Of a stretch of DNA of 64,000 bases, positions 58,801-64,000 are shown in pieces. The stretch comes from Podarcis erhardii (Eukaryota), in NCBI GenBank assembly GCA_964252035.1, contig OZ176212.1; one strand, written 5' to 3'. Both the position numbers and the translations under genes were made by a program. Each line of letters starts with the position of its first letter. The first letter of the stretch is position 1. The notes beneath the pieces were generated by a model. The model was not told the DNA's origin and did no database searches. It worked only from the letters and a program-made list of their open reading frames with translations.

Positions 58801-58989
58801 TCCTATTGCATTGAACATGGAGACCTGGAGCTGGCAGCTAAGTTTGTCAATCAGTTGAAAGGGGAATCCAGGAGAGTGGCTCAGGACTGGCTGAATGAAG
58901 CTCGGATGACGCTAGAGGCAAAACAAGTGGTGGATATCCTGACTGCCTATGCCACTGCTGTGGGTTTAGGAACAACTCAGGTGGACTGA
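37207..58989 (+). CDS. IMMT: MICOS subunit MIC60/mitofilin, complete: join(37207..37248,41025..41098,41820..42006,42803..42926,44458..44589,45986..46072,47634..47770,48364..48467,48779..48914,50988..51117,52234..52248,53620..53843,54806..54937,55923..56052,58382..58989), 753 aa
   Basis: 15 GT-AG exons total 2262 nt with consistent phases; MLRAC presequence, TM segment [15 protein letters not shown], coiled coils, LBS and mitofilin domain ([26 protein letters not shown]). Confidence 0.98.
41025..41098 (+). CDS. IMMT: IMMT exon 2
   Basis: 74 nt, [24 protein letters not shown](G). Confidence 0.93.
41820..42006 (+). CDS. IMMT: IMMT exon 3 (TM segment)
   Basis: [28 protein letters not shown]...PKKP. 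Confidence 0.96.
42803..42926 (+). CDS. IMMT: IMMT exon 4
   Basis: [21 protein letters not shown]... Confidence 0.95.
43008..43105. mobile_element. Truncated Tc1/mariner MITE
   Basis: TA|CAGTCATACCTTGG left end only. Confidence 0.6.
44458..44589 (+). CDS. IMMT: IMMT exon 5
   Basis: [18 protein letters not shown]... Confidence 0.92.
45421..45804. mobile_element. pogo/Tigger-like MITE (CCGTATTTT ends)
   Basis: TIR CCGTATTTTTCGCTCTGTAAGATGCAC / GTGCATCTTACAGAGCGAAAAATACGG; TA flanks. Confidence 0.9.
45986..46072 (+). CDS. IMMT: IMMT exon 6
   Basis: [22 protein letters not shown]. Confidence 0.93.
46801..47041. mobile_element. Tc1/mariner MITE
   Basis: CAGTGGAACCTCGGTTCCC / GGGAACTGAGGTCCCACTG, TA flanks. 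Confidence 0.85.
47634..47770 (+). CDS. IMMT: IMMT exon 7
   Basis: 137 nt, ends AMDNSE. Confidence 0.95.
47805..47978. mobile_element. Partial Tc1/mariner MITE (right end)
   Basis: Ends CAAGGTACCACTG|TA with subterminal GGTTGTAATCCAAA repeats. Confidence 0.7.
48364..48467 (+). CDS. IMMT: IMMT exon 8
   Basis: 104 nt, [30 protein letters not shown](K). Confidence 0.96.
48779..48914 (+). CDS. IMMT: IMMT exon 9
   Basis: 136 nt, ends [11 protein letters not shown]. Confidence 0.96.
49223..49360. mobile_element. Short hAT MITE
   Basis: CAGTG...CACTG ends; 7/8 TSD GGTAGAGC / GGTACAGC. Confidence 0.75.
50676..50895. mobile_element. Tc1/mariner MITE
   Basis: CAGTGGTACCTC TIRs, TA flanks. Confidence 0.92.
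50988..51117 (+). CDS. IMMT: IMMT exon 10
   Basis: 130 nt, [18 protein letters not shown]...GWKGL. Confidence 0.96.
52234..52248 (+). CDS. IMMT: IMMT 15-nt microexon (exon 11)
   Basis: TTTTCTCTTGCAG|AGATAACTGATATCG|GTGAGT; gives GL-KITDI-AGKL, aligning to remembered human GM-SVSDL-ADKL. Confidence 0.85.
53620..53843 (+). CDS. IMMT: IMMT exon 12
   Basis: 224 nt, [18 protein letters not shown]...EQEKK. Confidence 0.97.
54806..54937 (+). CDS. IMMT: IMMT exon 13
   Basis: 132 nt, [21 protein letters not shown]. Confidence 0.97.
55020..55170 (+). mobile_element. L2 3' tip followed by (GTT)n/(GCTGTT)n microsatellite
   Basis: TGTTGGAAGCTGCCCAGAGTGATTGGGGAAACCCAGCCAGATGGG then the repeat. Confidence 0.75.
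55923..56052 (+). CDS. IMMT: IMMT exon 14
   Basis: 130 nt, [20 protein letters not shown]. Confidence 0.97.
56126..56442 (-). mobile_element. Sauria SINE with a deletion near its 3' end
   Basis: TSD AACCCTG(G/A)TCTA. Confidence 0.92.
56647..57050. mobile_element. Two adjacent incomplete Tc1/mariner MITEs (starts 56647 and 56899)
   Basis: Two TA|CAGTGGTACC left ends in opposite internal orientations; right ends degraded. Confidence 0.8.
57261..57632. mobile_element. pogo/Tigger-like MITE (CCGTATTTT ends)
   Basis: CCGTATTTTTTGCCCTATAGG / CCTATAGGGCGAAAAATACGG, TA flanks; related to the 45421 element. Confidence 0.9.
58055..58263. mobile_element. Tc1/mariner MITE
   Basis: CAGTGGTACCTCGGGTTA TIRs, TA flanks. 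Confidence 0.92.
58382..58989 (+). CDS. IMMT: IMMT exon 15 (mitofilin domain)
   Basis: [21 protein letters not shown]...[10 protein letters not shown]. Confidence 0.98.
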
Positions 58990-59340
58990 TGCAGATGAGC
59001 TATGCAAGGCTACCGTGTCTTCAGAACCACACAAATGCAAGATTCGTTAACAGTGCCGGGGAGGAAACCAAAGGATTAGATCTAGGAGGTTTGGAAACCG
59101 TACCAGAGTTGTGATGTCACTTGGCAAGACGTGGTGTTCTGTCTCTAGTTTTCTTCTCACTTAGCACCGGTTGCATTTGTATCTCCCCTCCCCCCCCCCT
59201 CAGCCATTTATCATGTCTGGAATGTTTTTTTGCAACTTGCATAACAAAATTTTAAGTTTCCAGGTAACTGATCAGGCTTGTGAGCCAACCAAAATAATGT
59301 TTATAACCTCTATTACTGATTCACCCACTTGGTGCACTTA

Positions 59341-59346
59341 AATAAA
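59341..59346 (+). terminator. Likely IMMT polyadenylation signal
   Basis: AATAAA about 350 nt after the stop codon. Confidence 0.6.
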
Positions 59347-60830
59347 TGGTGTTAAACCCACCAACTTGCTTTTCCTCCCATTTCTGCTTAGATAAGTAGT
59401 ATCCTGAAAGAAAATAGTTGCTCTTAGGATGTTTACTGGGTTGGTCTTCTCCTTATAACCCTAATAAGATGGAATGTGATAATGGGACTGTGAATTCTCA
59501 GGGGGTGCAAGAAATGTCAACTTCTGGACAAAGTACTGCGAATAGATACTTTGAAGTGTGTAGTCAATCCTTGTTGAAAGGATTAAGATTCCTGATAAGG
59601 TCAGCAACTTTTGATTTCTTTTCTACCTAATGTAAATATTGCTCTTGGATAACTTGTCAGATACATCTTTTAAGGGTAGCATGCCAGAGCATGGTGCAAA
59701 TGATGCTCTTGAGCACCTCCCCAATAAGGAAAGGTTACATTTGAGGCTCTTTTTTTGTTTAAACAGGCATGATAGAGGTTATACTGGGTGTAGAAAAAAT
59801 ACAGTTGACTTGCAGAGTACACAGGGGTTACACTCCAGGAACTGTGTATAACCAAAATCACATAGTCAAAGCAACCCTGGAACTGCCCCCATGTGAGCAT
59901 CTCTACATTTTTGAAGCTGATGCACTGAGCAGACCTCATCCCCCAAGATCTTGCTTACTGGGCGCTGGGAGACTCCTTTGAGATCCCAGTGCTTTTGCAC
60001 CTTGCAAGTGTTTACTTTGTGCGATTTCAGCTGGTGGCTGGCCACCAAGCTTGTAAAGATCATGCAAGTTAAATGCACATAAGTTGCAAGTCGACTAGTT
60101 TATTTTTACCCCACCCTCTTCATCTTATGAAGCTGAACGGTGGGAAATTGAGAACACGTGTACTATTTCACACAGCACATAAGTTATCAAATTCGACAGA
60201 TTCATTAAGGATAAGGCTATTAATGGCTATGCACTACCTCCTTTAGCAGAGACCACATGCCTCTGAAATCCAGTTCTTGGAACACGCAAGCAGGGAGGTG
60301 CTCCTTGTCTTGTTTGTGACTTTCCATAAGCAACAGACTGGCCACCGAAAAATTGGAATTAGATTTGGTCAGATGCCGCACGATTCTTCAGCATGGCCCA
60401 GGAGCTATCCCCTTCCCAACAATGGCCAGGGCCTGCAGGGAGATGCTTCATGAATTGAACATTAGAACGTAGGGGCTGGAAAAACACCGAGGGACACTCC
60501 CCCTCCCCCCCCCAAAAAAAGGGACAGAGAAAGAACAAGGGGGAAATACTAGAATAATAGTAGTGGAAAAGGCAGGGGAAATAGCAAATTAAAACCAGAG
60601 CACAAGTCAGATCAAAGACAGCAACATTCACATCTCCTTTGGGCAGGCGACTAAAGAAGCAGGAGGAAGCCTATACAGATTTCCAAGACTGTGTCCCCAC
60701 CTTGAGTAAACTGGAGCACAAAACCCTGGATGTCTCGTACACCAGCCTGAGAATCCCCACCAGGAACACATTGCTGCATATTCTGTCAAGATCATAATCA
60801 CAAACAGGAAGCAAGAAAACTGTATTACGC

Positions 60831-60836
60831 TTTATT
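60831..60836 (-). terminator. Likely PTCD3 polyadenylation signal
   Basis: Minus-strand AATAAA about 290 nt after the stop codon. Confidence 0.5.
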
Positions 60837-61121
60837 TTTAACCATTTTTGTGGAGGCAATGGAATTACTGTCTTTTTGCTCTGCTCCTCTGTTGCAGGTA
60901 GGAAATTCTAGCTTTCCAGAGTGAGGTGACATGCGAAGGGGACAAGTCTCTCCAACACAGGACATGCCTGAGTACAGATGCCCAGTACAGATTAGTCAGC
61001 AATCAGGACAGTGAATGTAAAACTAGCAACCAGGCAAATCCAGTATAGCCATTTTGACTGCCACATGCCAGATCAGAGGCATCCCATGTTCAGGAAAGAG
61101 AAAGAGGTCCCTTCCTGGCAT

Positions 61122-61560
61122 CTATTCACCATCACTGTTGTCACTGCTTTCTGCTGTCATATCAGCCAGAGCTTTCCTGTAAGGAAAAAAGTACAGAGCT
61201 CAGAGATAAAATTGTTAAGTGGGTATTATAAAGCCCCATCAAATTACTAGCACAACCCTCCTGTTGCTGGCAGAGCCGTGTCTGATTAAAAACGGTTAGA
61301 GGCAGGAGCAATATAAGAGGCAGTTGGGAGTGAAGACTGGACATTGCTTTGAACTCAAAAGTGTTCATCCACGGTTCACCCATTTCCCGAAGCTCACCTT
61401 TGCTCTTCAGAGAGCTGAAATTCTTCCAGAGCTCTCCTGGCAAGCTTTGAAGTTGATTGCAAGCTGAAGTCTGCAGCAAACTTTACCAGGTCAAGGGCCT
61501 GACTTGGCTCTTTGCTTTGCTTAATGCAATTCAAGACTTCATCCATCACCAAATCACTGC

Positions 61561-61600
<40 letters not shown>

Positions 61601-63206
61601 CATGGATGCTCCAATGGTATTCATGGTAAGGCTGCATTTAACACGCTATTCTATTCCCAGAACAACAATCTTAACTAGTGGGGGCGGGGAATAAAAATTT
61701 CACAATTGTTTCTGACCCAGGGACTTTAGCCAAGTTTCTTTCATTTACCGTATTTCTTGACATATTTATATGCAAGTGTGGGTGGCGATGTGGGTTAAAC
61801 CACTGAGCCTGGGGCTTGCTGATCAGAAGGTTAGCGGTTCGAATCTCTGCGACGGGGTGAGCTCCCGTTGCTCGGTCCCTGCTCCTGCCAACCTAGCAGT
61901 TCGAAAGCACACCAAAAAGTGCAAGTAGATAAATAGGTACCACTCTGGCGGGAAGGTAAACGGCGTTTCCATGCGCTGCTCTGGTTCGCCAGAAGCGGCT
62001 TAGTCATGCTGGCCACATGACCCGGAAGCTGTACGCCGGCTCCCTCGGCCAATAAAGCGAGATGAGCACCGCAACCCCAGAGTCGGCCACGACTGGACCT
62101 AATGGTCAGGGGTCCCTTTACCTTTACCATTTGCTACCAATACCAAATGTACCCCTTTGCTGTCACCCCTAAGACAAGCTAAGCCCCATATGCAAGCAGA
62201 GGTTTGGTCAATCCAACCAACCAAAACGATACCTTCCTTTCTTAAGAAGCTCTGTATGAAAGCTGGGACAAAGATTATACAGCAGATCTGCTGGCAGGAA
62301 CTCCCAGCTTGAGCTACGCTACCCTTGCATGAAAAGCTCGCTCATACAGTGCTAAGACATTCTAGCTTCAGCGCTCAGATGTTTTGGACTATACTACTGG
62401 CTGGAGCTAATGGGAGCTGGTAGTCCGGCAGGACTTGAAGGCACCAGATTTAGAGAAAGCCAAGATCAAGGCTACAAAAACTCCTAGGCATGAGGAAGTG
62501 GCTGTGGTTGTGGTTGTGGTTAGAAAAGCAGCAACAGTACATAATGGAATTTAGTTCTTGGTGCAGAAAGTTTTGGGACAGGAGTCTACTCCAGCTTTCA
62601 CTCCCCTATGTACAGGGATTCTTAAATTCTTTTACAGTTAAGTACTGGAAAGGAGAGCTCACCAAACGTGCACTGTTTCAGATCCAAATATGTCTCTGCA
62701 AAGCATTCAAGATGCAAAAATCTCTGCCTATCAGGTTTCAAGGTATTTAGGGGCAGATGGTAAGCAAGGTGCAACACACAATTCTTCATACTCTAAAGTA
62801 GACATGTCAATTGCTGTTTTCACTTTCAGTTTGCACCACAAGCATACCAGGCAGTCAACGTAACACAAGCAACGTGTAAAGAAATAAGGAAATGTGATGT
62901 GCAGCAGCTGCAAACACCTCATTATAGTATGCTTGTGAACATAACCCAAGTCAGGAGAGCCCTTGATGTGGAGTTTGTCCTCCACATGTGGCGGAGCCCA
63001 GCAAAAAGGACCATTCTGAGTTGTGGAAAGCGTTAACTAAGAGATAAAAGGGGCTGGGGTTTTTAATGAAAGGGAAGAAGAGGAACAGATTTAAAGTATC
63101 CCCTATCTCTTTTATACGGTAAACAATAGTAGCATTGGGGCATTTGGGCAGTAGATGAGCTTACCTGGGAATTCGATTCTGTTTCTTAAACAGCTGCAGC
63201 ATATTC
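61122..63206 (-). CDS. PTCD3: PTCD3 (mS39) 3' end: complement(join(61122..61176,61398..61556,63165..63206)); rest of gene lies beyond the window
   Basis: In-frame exons (W)NMLQLFKKQNRIP(S)-DLVMDEVLNCIKQSKEPSQALDLVKFAADFSLQSTSKLARRALEEFQLSEEQ(R)-KALADMTAESSDNSDGE*, similar to the remembered human C-terminus; syntenic tail-to-tail with IMMT. Confidence 0.9.
61563..61596. repeat. (GA)17 microsatellite at a PTCD3 splice acceptor
   Basis: Directly visible; forms the minus-strand polypyrimidine tract. Confidence 0.92.
61777..62128 (-). mobile_element. Sauria SINE
   Basis: Reverse-oriented full-length copy in a PTCD3 intron. Confidence 0.92.
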
Positions 63207-63598
63207 CTATTTGGAGAGAAAAGTTCTGAATTGCACTGATTTTTTTTATTTTTAAAAAAGTTCTGTTCTTAATCAAGGAGGGGATATGAACTGTTTCAGT
63301 CCTTAGATCAGACTTAACCCATTTCTCATCAACCCCTTCTGCAAAAAATGCATTCGGTCAAAAAGGAACTATGCCTGTGAAACACAAGCTCTGAACCTAG
63401 GAAGGTACTAATGCCCTTTTCAATTGTACACATCTTGAATTTAGCACTCAAGTCAAAAGAATGCAAAAGTCATGTTACTTAAAGTAAACATGATGCACTG
63501 AAGGTCCCTTCAATGTATCAGTATTGAATCACATGGGTGGCTATGGCTTTCCCAAAATGGCCTAATATGTGTAAATAAACCATATGTATGTCATAAAG

Positions 63599-63962
63599 GG
63601 GACACGGGTGGCGCTGTGGGTAAAACCTCAGCGCCTAGGACTTGCCGATCGTATGGTCGGCGGTTCGAATCCCCGCGGCGGGGTGAGCTCCTGTCGTTCG
63701 GTCCCAGCTCCTGCCCATCTAGCAGTTCGAAAGCACCCCTAAGTGCAAGTAGATAAATAGGGACCGCTTTATAGCGGGAAGGTAAACGGCGTTTCCGTGT
63801 GCTGTGCTGGTGCTGGCTCGCCGGAGCAGCTTCGTCACGCTGGCCACGTGACCCGGAAGTGTCTGCGGACAGCGCTGGCTCCCAGCCTCTAGAGTGAGAT
63901 GAGCGCACAACCCTAGAGTCTGTCAAGACTGGCCCATATGGGCAGGGGTACCTTTACCTTTT
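63599..63962 (-). mobile_element. Sauria SINE, different subfamily
   Basis: Diagnostic head GGTACCCCTGCCCATATGGGCCAGTC; TSD TATG(T/A)CATAAAG. Confidence 0.9.
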
Positions 63963-64000
63963 TATGACATAAAGACACTGCAGTCCCCACTGCGCCTAAT

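Noticed and set aside
63207-64000. SNORD94, hosted in a mammalian PTCD3 intron
   Set aside because: No matching C/D-box sequence recognised by eye; it may lie beyond the window. An Infernal/Rfam search would decide.

Overview
Vertebrate genomic DNA, probably from a lacertid-type squamate lizard (inferred from many Sauria SINEs and squamate-type L2, hAT and Tc1/mariner repeats). Four genes were rebuilt by hand from splice sites, in the same order as the mammalian REEP1-MRPL35-IMMT-PTCD3 block: the last three coding exons of REEP1 (+, 3529-19867), complete MRPL35 (-, 4 exons, 183 aa), complete IMMT/MIC60 (+, 15 exons, 753 aa) and the last three exons of PTCD3 (-). The main feature is an intact 4,935-bp Ty3/Gypsy (Mag-like) LTR retrotransposon at 31662-36596 (-), inserted between the divergent MRPL35 and IMMT promoters. 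It has two 366-bp LTRs that look identical, a 5-bp ATGTT target-site duplication (TSD), a tRNA-Ser-type PBS, a PPT and one uninterrupted 1355-aa gag-pol ORF with an unusual FFDD RT motif. Other points of interest are a hAT-type element carrying a CpG-island/first-exon-like cargo (15333-15885), a dual-frame REEP1 terminal exon, closely spaced inverted SINE pairs, and MITEs carrying ZNF143-, NRF1- and ETS-like motifs. I found no clearly new biological system. Almost all other ORFs in the six-frame track are noise. Gene and family names come from remembered sequence similarity, not from database searches.
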